Part shown: one piece after another, positions 22,068 to 33,162 of the stretch
Numbering within the stretch: the stretch's first letter is position 1
Layout: the number at the start of each line of letters is the position of its first letter
DNA from: Candidatus Bipolaricaulota bacterium
GTDB lineage: Bacteria; Patescibacteriota; Patescibacteriia; UBA11705; DATKZF01
NCBI GenBank assembly: GCA_035528115.1
Contig: DATKZF010000003.1
Coordinates: 292,651-356,650 of the forward strand
DNA: 64,000 nucleotides
Direction: 5' to 3'
Translations under genes and position numbers: made by a program
Notes under the pieces: generated by a model
The model's database searches: none
Told to the model about the DNA's origin: nothing
What the model saw: the letters and a program-made list of their open reading frames with translations, nothing else

Positions 22068-23735
22068 CTAGTAGTTGCAGAAGTACCCGCCGTCGACCGT
22101 GTCAAACACCGCGTTGATGTTGGGGTACGTGGGCAAAACACACATGACTGCGTGTTCCCCTGGCGAAACGCAAGTCATGAATGGGGTCATCCCGGAAACC
22201 TCGTCCGGAGTGCCCGGATCGATGTACGCCGTAGGCGGGGGAGCCGACGTATTGCTGGTGATGCTCACCCATACCTTACCGGTCAGCGTCTCGCTGATCG
22301 GATCGCTTGACTGGACGTCGAACAACAGCGCTTTGTAATCCACGCAACTCGAATAAAACTCAAACACGTGGATTCCTGGACCAATCGCGATCTGGCAGTT
22401 GCCCGGCAATGTGGAGTTGCAGACCACGGTTCCGTCCAACCGCAGGGTAGACGACGGCTGGGAGGTGATCGGTACGGTCAGGTCTTCTGTGGCCGCGGCG
22501 AACGTCACGTCGAACGTGTTGTTCGTCGCATCGATGAACTCATCGAGAACGACCGGGACGAATCCCCAACTGTTCACGATGACCTCATGCTGTCCTTCCG
22601 GCACCTCCATGGAACATGGCGTGCGGCAGACAGCCGGCTCGTTGTCGATTGACACGACCGCGTCCGTGGGGGTGCTCGTCACCGTCAGGAGAACGGGCAG
22701 CATGGCCTCGAGCATGGCGTCCACGACGTAGTCGTTGTCCAAAAATGACTCAACCGTCTCGTCGTAGTACCCGTCGAGATTGAACACGTACGTATGAGCG
22801 CACGCGGTCTGCTCAACGGCCAGGCATGGAGTCGCTTCGCAAACAACTTCGCCGCCTTCAGTGACGGTCGCGCCGATCGGCTCGGACGTGAAATCGCCAA
22901 CCACGGTCAGCGGCACGAGTGTCACGTTGAACGCGAAGCTCGTTTCCGAGACCATGATCAAGATATCCTCCGAGACGAAGCACCCGGTCAAGTCAATGAT
23001 GTGCACGGTGTGCTGCCCCTCGGTCAGAGAGATCTCTGCCGGCGTATAGTTCGTGACCGTGTCATCATCTACTCGGAAATAGACTCCGATCGGCTCGGAC
23101 GTGATAGTCACGACCACCACGATCGGCGCAATGTCCGGCTGAACATCGACAGGAACCACGTCCACGGCCATGTCAACCGGCACATCCGGCTGCACGTCAG
23201 CCGGCACGTCCTCGGCCACGTCGATTAGCACGTCCGGCTGCACGTCGACCGGCGCGTCCTCGATCACGTCGGGCGTCACCTCCGGCTGAACTTCGGCCAA
23301 CGCGTCCTCGATCAGATCGACCGGAACGTCCGGCTGAACATCGACCGGAACATCTTCCACCAACTCCGGCGGAACGTCCGGCTGAACTTCGACCGGAATG
23401 TCCTCGACCACCTCGAGCGGCACATCCTCCGCCACTTCTACCGGAATGTCCTCGACCAGCTCGGCCGGCACATCCCGCGCGACGTCGAGCGGATGGAGAT
23501 CTCGCATGGGCCTGCTGTCAGCCTCTGCGTCTTCTTCCATGTCCGGAACGGTGGCGTCCTCCTTGATGTCCGGCAAGCGCGGGATGTCGGTGATGACCTC
23601 GAGGAAGTCCCCTCCGAAATCATGAGCCATTGCATCTTCCGTTTCGACCAGGCTCGGGCCGACCGTGGCCTCACTACCGCAAGCGGCGAAGAAAAGGCCG
23701 ACAAAAACAAAAAGAACAAATTGTCTCGGACTCAT
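22068..23735 (-). CDS. Secreted acidic-repeat lipoprotein with about five PEGA-like domains, GC-rich island 3
   Basis: RBS AGGAGGA-7-ATG; signal peptide plus lipobox-like FAACGS; about 120 aa of (E/D)DVPV(D/E)VQPDVP tandem repeats; repeated ITSEP..G..V..DG...G.TP..EGQH blocks. About 62% GC. Confidence 0.7.
   Translation of the reverse strand: MSPRQFVLFVFVGLFFAACGSEATVGPSLVETEDAMAHDFGGDFLEVITDIPRLPDIKEDATVPDMEEDAEADSRPMRDLHPLDVARDVPAELVEDIPVEVAEDVPLEVVEDIPVEVQPDVPPELVEDVPVDVQPDVPVDLIEDALAEVQPEVTPDVIEDAPVDVQPDVLIDVAEDVPADVQPDVPVDMAVDVVPVDVQPDIAPIVVVVTITSEPIGVYFRVDDDTVTNYTPAEISLTEGQHTVHIIDLTGCFVSEDILIMVSETSFAFNVTLVPLTVVGDFTSEPIGATVTEGGEVVCEATPCLAVEQTACAHTYVFNLDGYYDETVESFLDNDYVVDAMLEAMLPVLLTVTSTPTDAVVSIDNEPAVCRTPCSMEVPEGQHEVIVNSWGFVPVVLDEFIDATNNTFDVTFAAATEDLTVPITSQPSSTLRLDGTVVCNSTLPGNCQIAIGPGIHVFEFYSSCVDYKALLFDVQSSDPISETLTGKVWVSITSNTSAPPPTAYIDPGTPDEVSGMTPFMTCVSPGEHAVMCVLPTYPNINAVFDTVDGGYFCNY
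23093..23480. repeat. Tandem ~24-bp coding repeats (acidic DVPVDVQP array)
   Basis: cgtccggctgaacttcgaccggaa-like units iterated about 15 times. Confidence 0.75.
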
Positions 23736-24053
23736 GCTGTCATCCTCCTGTTGTTGCGCATGATTGATATATCGATATGTCAAACTGCTGACTTATTATA
23801 CTAGAACAAAATCGTATTCTTGTCAATTCCCCAAATTATTTCAAAAGCTCTGCCATTTTACAATATGTATGACTGATTGGAAAGTAAAAGTATTACAAAA
23901 AAATGTCCCGATCAAGGACACTTTTTCTACCGATTCATGCCATTCTTCGCTTCGCGAAGAATGGGGGCACGGACCCACCTTCGTCAAGACTACGGCAAGC
24001 AGGCGGGATTTGCACCCATGCATAGCGGTTTTGTCCCGATAAATAAATAAATT

Positions 24054-24128
24054 TGGAGGCACGGATGGGAATTGCACCCATGCGTTGCGGTTTTGCAGAC
24101 CGCTGCCTTACTGCTTGGCTACCGTGCC
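24054..24128 (-). tRNA. tRNA-Cys (GCA)
   Basis: Anticodon loop ctgcaaa, discriminator U, CCA encoded. Flanked by a 17-bp inverted repeat gataaataaataaattt, with partial self-duplicates at 24005..24037 and 24193..24232. Confidence 0.85.
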
Positions 24129-24300
24129 AACAAATTTATTTATTTATCGAGGATCCTCGAAAATTATAAAAATAAAGGATTTTTAATTTTCGGGACAGAC
24201 CGCTGCCTTACTAATTGGCTACCGTGCCTTAAAAAGATTAAAAATAAAAAAATATTGAATATCTATTTAATCTTATCATGCAAAAAGCAGGCTGTAAACA

Positions 24301-24326
24301 TAAAAGAAAAGCCCGCGGAAGCGGGC
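24301..24326 (-). terminator. Intrinsic terminator
   Basis: gcccgc-ggaa-gcgggc followed by a T-run on the minus strand. Confidence 0.65.
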
Positions 24327-24354
24327 ATTTTCTTCATATCGCGTTATATTATAA

Positions 24355-24912
24355 TTACTCAACAACCACTATTTTTACATTTTGCTTACCGAATTGAATG
24401 GCATCGCTTCTGTCTTTCATCCAGATATCGACACGGTTGGAATATCGTCTGTTCATACGATCATGAACAACGAATTCTTTATCACCGTATAATTCAGGAA
24501 TCTTAACCTTGGTGCCAAACGGCAAAAAGTTCGTGGCAATGACGTTTTCCTCGCCCGCGGCGCAAACGTTATAACCGTCGGCCGTAATACAAGGAGAAGC
24601 ATCGCACTGGTCAACCGTACTGGTATAAGCGGTAGCGGTCGTCCATAATTCGCCCTGCTTGGATTTCGGGTAAATAACCCTCTGTCTGACCAAGGCTTGA
24701 GTCTTAATCTTATCCTGTTTTTCCTTATAAGCGATTATATTCTCGGAAATAATATCTTTCTTATTGGCCGAAATCACGGAATTGATATTCCCTGAATTAT
24801 CGGTTTCTTTAGCCCAACTCGGCAAAGCGATATTGGTCAAAATCAACAAAACCATAACAAATAAGGAGATTTTGCTGATTTTGCGTAATTTTACGCTATT
24901 AAATATATTCAT
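24355..24912 (-). CDS. Secreted 3D-domain (MltA-like) cell-wall protein
   Basis: Signal/TM N-terminus; C-terminal TATAYTS...CDASPC...GT.V...DRMNRR...IW 3D-domain pattern. Confidence 0.55.
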   Translation of the reverse strand: MNIFNSVKLRKISKISLFVMVLLILTNIALPSWAKETDNSGNINSVISANKKDIISENIIAYKEKQDKIKTQALVRQRVIYPKSKQGELWTTATAYTSTVDQCDASPCITADGYNVCAAGEENVIATNFLPFGTKVKIPELYGDKEFVVHDRMNRRYSNRVDIWMKDRSDAIQFGKQNVKIVVVE

Positions 24913-25069
24913 ATATTATATGTTACTTAAGATTAAATTATAGCACAAATCGTTAAAAATGTCAATACCCCCAAACATACATCCACATACTATCATTTTC
25001 GCTTGACAATAGGCAATATTATAAGCTATTATTATTACTACGTTATTCGTAAAACATCTATATAACATT

Positions 25070-25480
25070 ATGTTAAAAATTATCTTGTCGAGAATAGGAA
25101 AAAAACATCAACCCTTTTATCGCATAACGGTTCTTGAAAAGAGCAAAGATCCGTGGGGAAATTATCTGGAAAAATTGGGTCATTACAACCCGAGAACAAA
25201 AGAAATAAAGTTGAATGCGGAGAGAATCAAGCACTGGATCGCGAACGGAGCCCAACCTTCTGCCACGGTTCACAATTTGCTGGTGAAGAACGAAATCATT
25301 TCCGGAAAAAAGGTTTCCGTAACGACAATCAGCAAAAAGCGACAAGCAAAGATGGCCGCAAAAAAAGCTGAAAGCGCGGCCAAAGAAGAAGCTGCCAAAC
25401 CGGCCGCGGAAATAAAAGAAGAAGCTCCGGCCGTTGAAGATACTCCCAAGGCGGAACAGACTGAAACTGAAAAAAAATAA
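25070..25480 (+). CDS. rpsP: 30S ribosomal protein S16 with a K/A/E-rich tail
   Basis: MLKIILSRIGKKHQPFYRI S16 signature. Confidence 0.85.
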   Translation: MLKIILSRIGKKHQPFYRITVLEKSKDPWGNYLEKLGHYNPRTKEIKLNAERIKHWIANGAQPSATVHNLLVKNEIISGKKVSVTTISKKRQAKMAAKKAESAAKEEAAKPAAEIKEEAPAVEDTPKAEQTETEKK

Positions 25481-25493
25481 ATTTATCACAAAA

Positions 25494-25528
25494 AAATCGC
25501 CCCTCGACCTAAATCGGGGCGTTTTTTA
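25494..25528 (+). terminator. Intrinsic terminator after rpsP
   Basis: cgcccc...ggggcg followed by TTTTTT. Confidence 0.7.
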
Positions 25529-25530
25529 TC

Positions 25531-25559
25531 TTGACAGAAAACCTGTATTTTGCTATAAT
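25531..25559 (+). promoter_or_regulatory. Consensus sigma70 promoter TTGACA-17-TATAAT
   Basis: Perfect hexamers and spacer; about 100-nt structured leader before the KH gene. Confidence 0.65.
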
Positions 25560-25660
25560 GGTTATAGATCCTTAAAAAGGGATTCTTCAGTAAATACCGC
25601 TGGTCTGGTCACCAGTAGATATTTCTGACTGAATTAAGAATTAAGCGCGAAAAGAATTTT

Positions 25661-25990
25661 ATGGCAGAAAAATTTGCTGACCAAGAGTTTGTTGAGTACC
25701 TTGTAAAGACGATCGTTTCTCATCCCGAAGATGTGCAAGTTGAACGAAAAGTTGATGAAATGGGAGTATTGCTTTCATTGACCATCAACGCGGAAGACAT
25801 GGGTTACGTCATCGGCAAACAAGGCAAAACAGCGAAGGCCATTAGAACTTTGCTGAAAATCGTCGGAGCGAAAAACAACGCTCGAGTCAACTTAAAAATC
25901 ATTGAACCGGAAGGCTCGACTCACGTTCGAAGACCGGAACCGGAAAGAGAAGAAGTTGACACCGACGTTGTTGATGATCTCAAGATCTAA
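25661..25990 (+). CDS. KH-domain RNA-binding protein (YlqC/UPF0109-like)
   Basis: GYVIGKQGKTAKAIRTL KH motif; conserved position after rpsP. Confidence 0.75.
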   Translation: MAEKFADQEFVEYLVKTIVSHPEDVQVERKVDEMGVLLSLTINAEDMGYVIGKQGKTAKAIRTLLKIVGAKNNARVNLKIIEPEGSTHVRRPEPEREEVDTDVVDDLKI

Positions 25991-26076
25991 ACAAATTTGT
26001 ATACTGCGAAAGCCACGGTAAAACGTGGCTTTTGTAATTTAAAAGGGCTACTGCTGTAAGTAGCCCGCGAGTAAGT

Positions 26077-26451
26077 TTACTCATTCAAAAAATCGTAAAA
26101 GAGCGAAGACGCATGGGAAATCAACCGCAGAATCTCCGTGAAATGCTTGCGCCTGAGTCTGGCGGACGCGCCCGCCACCATGCAATTTCTCCTCTTTAGA
26201 GCGGCCAGATCCGCCAAGGCGGCTCTCAAGGGCTCATTCTGCCTAATAATTTCTTTTATCAACATGTACACGGCGTCCGCGCCCGGGTAACGACGCAGGA
26301 AATTCTTCTTTCTTGTTCTGCGCGCCAGCTCGAGCGTTGCGCACAACTCAAAGACGCGATGCGCATCGCACATGCCACGGTTGTACAGCTGAAGGACGAA
26401 CAACTTCACCATCACCCTATTGAAAGTATCCAGCGTCGGTCGTCTGGTCAT
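26077..26451 (-). CDS. Hypothetical cytoplasmic protein (125 aa), GC-rich island 4
   Basis: Very strong RBS AGGAGGAGGAG immediately before ATG MTRRP; upstream promoter TTGACA-17-TATTTT. Confidence 0.5.
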   Translation of the reverse strand: MTRRPTLDTFNRVMVKLFVLQLYNRGMCDAHRVFELCATLELARRTRKKNFLRRYPGADAVYMLIKEIIRQNEPLRAALADLAALKRRNCMVAGASARLRRKHFTEILRLISHASSLFYDFLNE

Positions 26452-26579
26452 CTCCTCCTCCTTTAATAAATAAAAAATATCAATTCCGCGCCGCGCTGTC
26501 AAACGCGGCTTATTGGCTGATTGACAAAAAAGCGATTTTATGAGACGGTATACCAGGCCAAGCAACAAGGAGGATCGCC

Positions 26580-27353
26580 ATGAAACGGTCAATTTGTCTG
26601 GCTCTGTGTCTGTCTCTGTCGGTTTTGGCAAGCTGCGGAGCCAATGCTCCAAACACTTGCCCTGATCAAATCGTCTGGAACGTGCCGTATTCCTTGTGCG
26701 GCCAAAGCTGCGCCAAGTCCGAGACTGCGTGGGCAGGCGTCAACAAGAACATCTGCACAATGATGGAGGCAAGGATCTCACATGCCCCTGTCGTGAGCGG
26801 GCCATACCTGTTTCAGCTTTCGATGTCTTCGGCCTACGGAGCTTTGAGTCTTACTACCGCGCAAGAAGTCAGCGACTTGTTCCACATCTTCTACCCGCTG
26901 ACACAGCCGACGCACCAGCCGGGCGAGGTCGCGGGAGACTTGGTGTCAAACGAACAGCCATACCTCGTTCTGATTAACGGCGGCAACGTCAAAGAAATCA
27001 TTCAGTTGCGTGCGCTCGACGTTCCTTGGATGAACAAAGGCCGGGACTTTATTCCCACGGACAGGGACGCACTGCTTCTGGAAATCATGTCCAAAATGCA
27101 CGTCAACAATGACGGCGCATACACGTTGATACCTGTCAACATCAATTGTCCAATCTCGGAGTGCTATACCATCGATCTTGCTCCGGAGACCGTTGAAGGG
27201 TTTTTCCACATGGGTAAGACTCCTCGCAGAATATGGACTGTACAATATCAACAAAAGGAATTGACCGGCATCATCGAGATGGTCTTCCTCGATAACAACA
27301 GTTGCCGCAAACCTGAGACACCCGAGCCATTAGCCCCTGTCTTCGACCTCTGA
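26580..27353 (+). CDS. Lipoprotein (257 aa), GC-rich island 4
   Basis: RBS AAGGAGGA; signal peptide with lipobox LASCG; about 55% GC. Confidence 0.6.
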   Translation: MKRSICLALCLSLSVLASCGANAPNTCPDQIVWNVPYSLCGQSCAKSETAWAGVNKNICTMMEARISHAPVVSGPYLFQLSMSSAYGALSLTTAQEVSDLFHIFYPLTQPTHQPGEVAGDLVSNEQPYLVLINGGNVKEIIQLRALDVPWMNKGRDFIPTDRDALLLEIMSKMHVNNDGAYTLIPVNINCPISECYTIDLAPETVEGFFHMGKTPRRIWTVQYQQKELTGIIEMVFLDNNSCRKPETPEPLAPVFDL

Positions 27354-27418
27354 ACCTAGTCGCCATAGCCTCTAGGTTTTTTCAATTCATAATCCAGATG
27401 ATATAATGATTTCATAAT

Positions 27419-28090
27419 ATGAAATACGACATTTTAACTCTTTTCCCAGAAATCTTCGACTCTTATCTAAATGAGAGTATTTTGGGACGCGCTCAAAAAA
27501 ACAAGAAAATTCAAATCAAAATCCATGACATTAGAAAAAACGCGATTGATAAACACAACACCGCCGATGACAAGCCGTATGGCGGCGGACCGGGCATGGT
27601 CATGATGATCGAGCCGATTTACAAAACCTTAAAAAAAATCAGACGCAAAAAAAACTCCAAGGTTATCTTATTGTCCGCTCGCGGCAAAACATGGACTCAG
27701 CAAAGAGCGCAAAAATACAAAAAATTGGATCAGCTGATTTTAATCTGCGGACATTATGAAGGCGTGGACGAAAGAATCAAAAATTTCATTGATGAGGAAA
27801 TTTCCATCGGCGATTATGTTTTGACCGGGGGCGAGCTGGGCGCCATGGTTTTAGTTGATTCCATCTCAAGATTGATTCCCGGAGTACTGGGCAAAAAGGA
27901 ATCCTTGAAAGAAGAATCTCATTCCCAAAAAGGTTATTTGGAATATCCTCAATATACTCGGCCCGAAATATTTAAAGCTGGTGGCAAAAAATACGCGGTG
28001 CCGGAAATCTTACTCTCGGGCCACCATTTGAAAATAAACGAGTGGCGACAACGCCAATCAAAAAAGTTTGATTTTTTTAACAAGGTCTGA
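27419..28090 (+). CDS. trmD: tRNA (guanine37-N1)-methyltransferase
   Basis: PYGGGPGMVM and GDYVLTGGE SPOUT motifs. Confidence 0.9.
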   Translation: MKYDILTLFPEIFDSYLNESILGRAQKNKKIQIKIHDIRKNAIDKHNTADDKPYGGGPGMVMMIEPIYKTLKKIRRKKNSKVILLSARGKTWTQQRAQKYKKLDQLILICGHYEGVDERIKNFIDEEISIGDYVLTGGELGAMVLVDSISRLIPGVLGKKESLKEESHSQKGYLEYPQYTRPEIFKAGGKKYAVPEILLSGHHLKINEWRQRQSKKFDFFNKV

Positions 28091-28136
28091 TAAAATAAAA
28101 AAATAAACTCGCTATTCGCGAGTAAGGGAGCAACCA

Positions 28137-28331
28137 ATGAACGGGGAACGCAAAATTCTGATTCCACAAATCAGGGATTTCGAGAAGTTGAAGGTGAACG
28201 CGCCTTCTCAAGGAATCCAAGCTCTCTGCAACTTGCCCTGCCACCAGGTCTGCCGCGCCTGCAGCTGCAAGGCCCCTCAGGACAAACCAACAACACCCCA
28301 AAACGAATACAGGTTCAACTTCGGGGCGTAA
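28137..28331 (+). CDS. Cys-rich small ORF (64 aa), candidate RiPP precursor
   Basis: RBS AAGGGAG; CNLPCHQVCRACSCK cluster; convergent with the rSAM/peptidase genes. Confidence 0.3.
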   Translation: MNGERKILIPQIRDFEKLKVNAPSQGIQALCNLPCHQVCRACSCKAPQDKPTTPQNEYRFNFGA

Positions 28332-28361
28332 CAACGCATCCCGAGAAAGCGTCTCTCAAGT

Positions 28362-28391
28362 GAGAAGGAAAAACCCTTCTCATTTTAATTT
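28362..28391. terminator. Bidirectional intrinsic terminator
   Basis: gagaagg-aaaaa-ccttctc followed by ATTTTAATTT. Confidence 0.55.
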
Positions 28392-29063
28392 CAAAAATAA
28401 GTACTTTAATAATTTGTCAATATTAGCGTCTCGATAAAGCTCAATAGAATTTTTATAAATTTTTTCATGTTCCGGATAAGGCTTTTGCTTTCCGATGTTA
28501 AACTTTTCTTTGCATTTACTGGAATTCATTATATGTATATTTATAATCTCAGAAACCGCCCATAATATATTCTCGTTCTTCTTGCCAGTAAACGCTGGGA
28601 ACCTTGCAAAAACATAATCATAAAAAATAAAATGAAGCATTTCATGAATAATTGTTTCAATTATACCGACCCTTTTATAATATGCCTGAAATATCTTATT
28701 CTTTATATCCCGTGGATTGCAATTCCAGATAGATAAATAGCACTTGTATACCCCCTTTGGGAAGGGGTGGCAATTAAAATACTCTTCGGCGAAACAAAAA
28801 AATTCATCACTTTTTCTATCCCACGCCTTCTCAGATGCAACTTTCGCTTTCAATATATCTTTTAAATGCGTTTTATAATATGAGGCCGTGTATGACTTTA
28901 GTACACATGGACTTATTCTTCCTTTCTTTTTCAATTCAGGATGCGAATTCAAAATACCTTTTTCAAAAAAAGAAAAACCTCCAAATTTAATTTTTCTAAA
29001 TTGGCAAGCTATTTTATAATCCAACTTTTCATCTAGACGAAACAGTAATTTAGGATGGTTCAT
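28380..29063 (-). CDS. HExxH-motif protein (putative metallopeptidase)
   Basis: IIHEMLHFIF motif. Confidence 0.5.
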   Translation of the reverse strand: MNHPKLLFRLDEKLDYKIACQFRKIKFGGFSFFEKGILNSHPELKKKGRISPCVLKSYTASYYKTHLKDILKAKVASEKAWDRKSDEFFCFAEEYFNCHPFPKGVYKCYLSIWNCNPRDIKNKIFQAYYKRVGIIETIIHEMLHFIFYDYVFARFPAFTGKKNENILWAVSEIINIHIMNSSKCKEKFNIGKQKPYPEHEKIYKNSIELYRDANIDKLLKYLFLKLK

Positions 29064-29106
29064 AAAAAAATGGCAAACTTCAATGTAAGTTTACCATCTC
29101 GAAACA

Positions 29107-30495
29107 CTATCGCAAAGACTTGTAAAACGTCCAGATGAGGTATTCAAGCGTCCTTTTTGCATGGACGCAGAACACCTCATCAATATCATAGAGATTCCCA
29201 TGTTTGATTTCGGCATAATAAGGACAGCCTCCACCGCATATTGCCAACGCCGGACAAGAAAAGCAATGGGCTATATTCAACGGAGATCTTTGTCCCCAGT
29301 ATTTGAATTCCGCAGAACCTCGGAAATCGAAAGACTGCTCCTTCACGTCGGTAATGAAATATTTACCTGTTCCCAAAAACCCCGCACAAATACCTACGCT
29401 CCCTTTGGGAGATACCACAATCTGACTACCGCACCCAGCGCAATCATAGGGGTGGCAGTTCCCCATGACAAACGCATCGAACTTTCTACCCATTCTATCT
29501 TCATAAATTCCCCTGCGTTTCAAATGTTCAAATCCAGAAATCAAGGCCTTGGCAACCCTTTCGCCATAATCATCCGAGACTGCATATGGTGGTATTGGCC
29601 TAACAATATTGAAACCGACACTTTTGATTGCCGGCGTTTTATCTATCCATTCCAAAATTTGATCAAAGTCCCTCAGGCTTTCTTCACCCAAGGTACAGGA
29701 GATCCCGAACTCTGCGCCCACTTGATGCAGTAATTCCATCCCCGCAAAAATTGCCCTCACTGTTTTATGACTCTGACTGCGGTTAAGGTTCAATGCGGCC
29801 GGGCCGTCGATTGAAATAACCACAGTAACCCCATGCTCTTTCAAAAAAACGGCTATCTCCCTGGTCAACAAGGTACCATTTGTAATAATCGAAATGTCGG
29901 TCTTTTTAGGCAGTTGTGACCTCTCCACAAAGGAAAGAATTGACAGAATGGCCCTTTTCAGACCTCGCTCATTAATCAAAGGTTCCCCGCCATAAAGAAT
30001 CACCTAGCATTCAGAATGACTGGCCAATGTCACCTGGCGGGCGAAAAATTGAATCGCCGCATCCACGGTCGACTCAGACATCAAAGCAGGACGGTATGTG
30101 GACGGAAAACTATTTCGGACAAAACAATACCTGCATGATAGATTGCATTTATCAGTCAGCAACAAGTACATTACAGAGACGCCCCATATCATCTGCTTTG
30201 AACGAAAAGACTCCAGTTCTGCTTGACTGTCATGCGTATCCAAGACAATGAACTTCTTCGACAGAAGAAGCTCGAACATTTTTTCCGAATCATCCTGTCC
30301 CATTCTCAAATGGTCAACAAATTCTTCCCTTATAAACAAAGTGCCGGTCAACCATTGAATGAATGGCTCGTTGCTCATGGGAAAAAAGATTGGGCTAATT
30401 CCCAAAGAATGATAGAGACAAAGGGCCTCATCTCCCTTATAAAAGTGCGTGAACGGAGATATTCTATACTTGTTTTCAAGGTTCAATCCTGGCAT
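29107..30495 (-). pseudogene. Radical SAM / SPASM-domain enzyme interrupted by a single in-frame TAG (at 30004..30006)
   Basis: The N-part carries CNLSCRYC (CxxxCxxC). The C-part begins VILYGGEPL and ends with the Cys-rich SPASM motif CAGCGS...CFSCPALAICGGGCP. Both parts share one frame, separated only by TAG. RBS AAAGGAGA before MPGLNL. Confidence 0.6.
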
Positions 30496-30615
30496 TTCCG
30501 TCTCCTTTCGTTGTTTAGGCTTTGCCACTCGCATTTTAGAATATTATTTGAAAATATTCAAAAATCCCGTAAAAACTACCCACAATTAATCCACCTTTTG
30601 GAACCAAAAAAAGAT

Positions 30616-30644
30616 TTGACATCTTTTTTATATTGCGATATAAT
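30616..30644 (+). promoter_or_regulatory. Consensus sigma70 promoter TTGACA-17-TATAAT for 16S rRNA
   Basis: About 100 nt upstream of the 16S 5' end. Confidence 0.6.
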
Positions 30645-30744
30645 CTTTACCACATTGATCTTTACAATAGAAAATTGATAGAAAGAAGTCCATTGTTTAC
30701 TTTTTTTCAGAGTTTTGACCAACTCTTTTCAAAATGGTCAAATT

Positions 30745-32231
<1,487 letters not shown>

Positions 32232-32378
32232 TGGAGATATCGAATAAGTGACCTTGACATTGCTTATTCAAATTCGGTCGAGATTCCGATTTATCGGAGT
32301 CAGGACTTCCTTTCTATCAATTTTCTGTTGTAAATAAAAAAAGCGGCCTGATTGGCTGTTTTTTTATTCAATAAAACA

Positions 32379-32407
32379 TTGACTATTTCATACATTTTTG
32401 ATATAGT
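32379..32407 (+). promoter_or_regulatory. Promoter TTGACT-17-TATAGT for the tRNA cluster
   Basis: Follows a weak hairpin plus T-run after the 16S. Confidence 0.45.
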
Positions 32408-32464
32408 TTCTATTGAAGTTTTTGTAATAATCCGATAGAATAAAGCCATAGTCGGTTCCCTTTA

Positions 32465-32541
<77 letters not shown>

Positions 32542-32631
32542 GCCTTCGCTAAAGCTTCGGCTGGCAGGCCAACTTTTAGAAATCGGTCCGATTCATCGGG
32601 ACTCCAAAATTTTTCACTTTTAACTTTTTAC

Positions 32632-32708
32632 GGGCGTGTAGCTCAGTTGGTTAGAGCGCAGCACTGATAATGCTGAGGTCATAGGTTCGATTCCTATCAC
32701 GCCCACCA
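32632..32708 (+). tRNA. tRNA-Ile (GAT)
   Basis: Anticodon loop ctgataa. Confidence 0.85.
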
Positions 32709-32774
32709 GCCTTCGCTAAAGCTTCGGCTGGCAGGCCATAAGATGCTTGCCCGACAAAGCCTTGGCGAAGTCGG

Positions 32775-32849
32775 GCCAGGTTAGCTCAGTGGTAGAGCGA
32801 AGGACTGAAAATCCTTGCGTCCCCAGTTCAATTCTGGGACCTGGCACCA
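32775..32849 (+). tRNA. tRNA-Phe (GAA)
   Basis: Anticodon loop ctgaaaa. Confidence 0.85.
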
Positions 32850-32960
32850 TTCGACTCGCCCTCGGTGCCACTCGGGCTCGCTCATGGTGTGCCACCACCT
32901 GAATGTACGAAGTGAGGCGAGTGCCCTGAGTTTATGGAAGGGTTTTTTTATTTTTGTTTG
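32850..32960 (+). repeat. tRNA 3'-trailer element (class 1) copy
   Basis: TTCGACTCG...CTCGCTCATGGTGTGCCACCACCTG...GAGGCGAGTGCCCTGAG followed by a terminator-like hairpin and T-run. Confidence 0.7.
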
Positions 32961-33025
32961 TTATTTGATATTTGTTGTTTGGAATTTGTTTAGGATTTAG
33001 TGTTTAGAATTTATAATTTAATCCA

Positions 33026-33102
33026 CGGGGTGTGGCGCAGTTGGCTAGCGCGCTTGCTTTGGGAGCATGAGGCCGTGGGTTCGAGTCCCACCACCCCGAC
33101 CA
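33026..33102 (+). tRNA. tRNA-Pro (TGG)
   Basis: Anticodon loop tttggga with one mismatch in the anticodon stem; acceptor CGGGGTG. Confidence 0.75.
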
Positions 33103-33162
33103 GCCTTCGCTCCTCCTCGCTCCGCTCGTCGGGGCTTCGGCTGGCGGGCCAGCCAAAAAAAT

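Noticed and set aside
26077-26652. Longer 191-aa version of the island-4 minus gene
   Set aside because: The strong RBS AGGAGGAGGAG sits directly before the internal Met at 26451. The extension would overlap the divergent gene's promoter and start.
28077-28334. 85-aa minus-strand ORF antisense to the Cys-rich peptide ORF
   Set aside because: Requires a TTG start with no RBS; the plus-strand ORF has an AAGGGAG RBS. Neither is certain.
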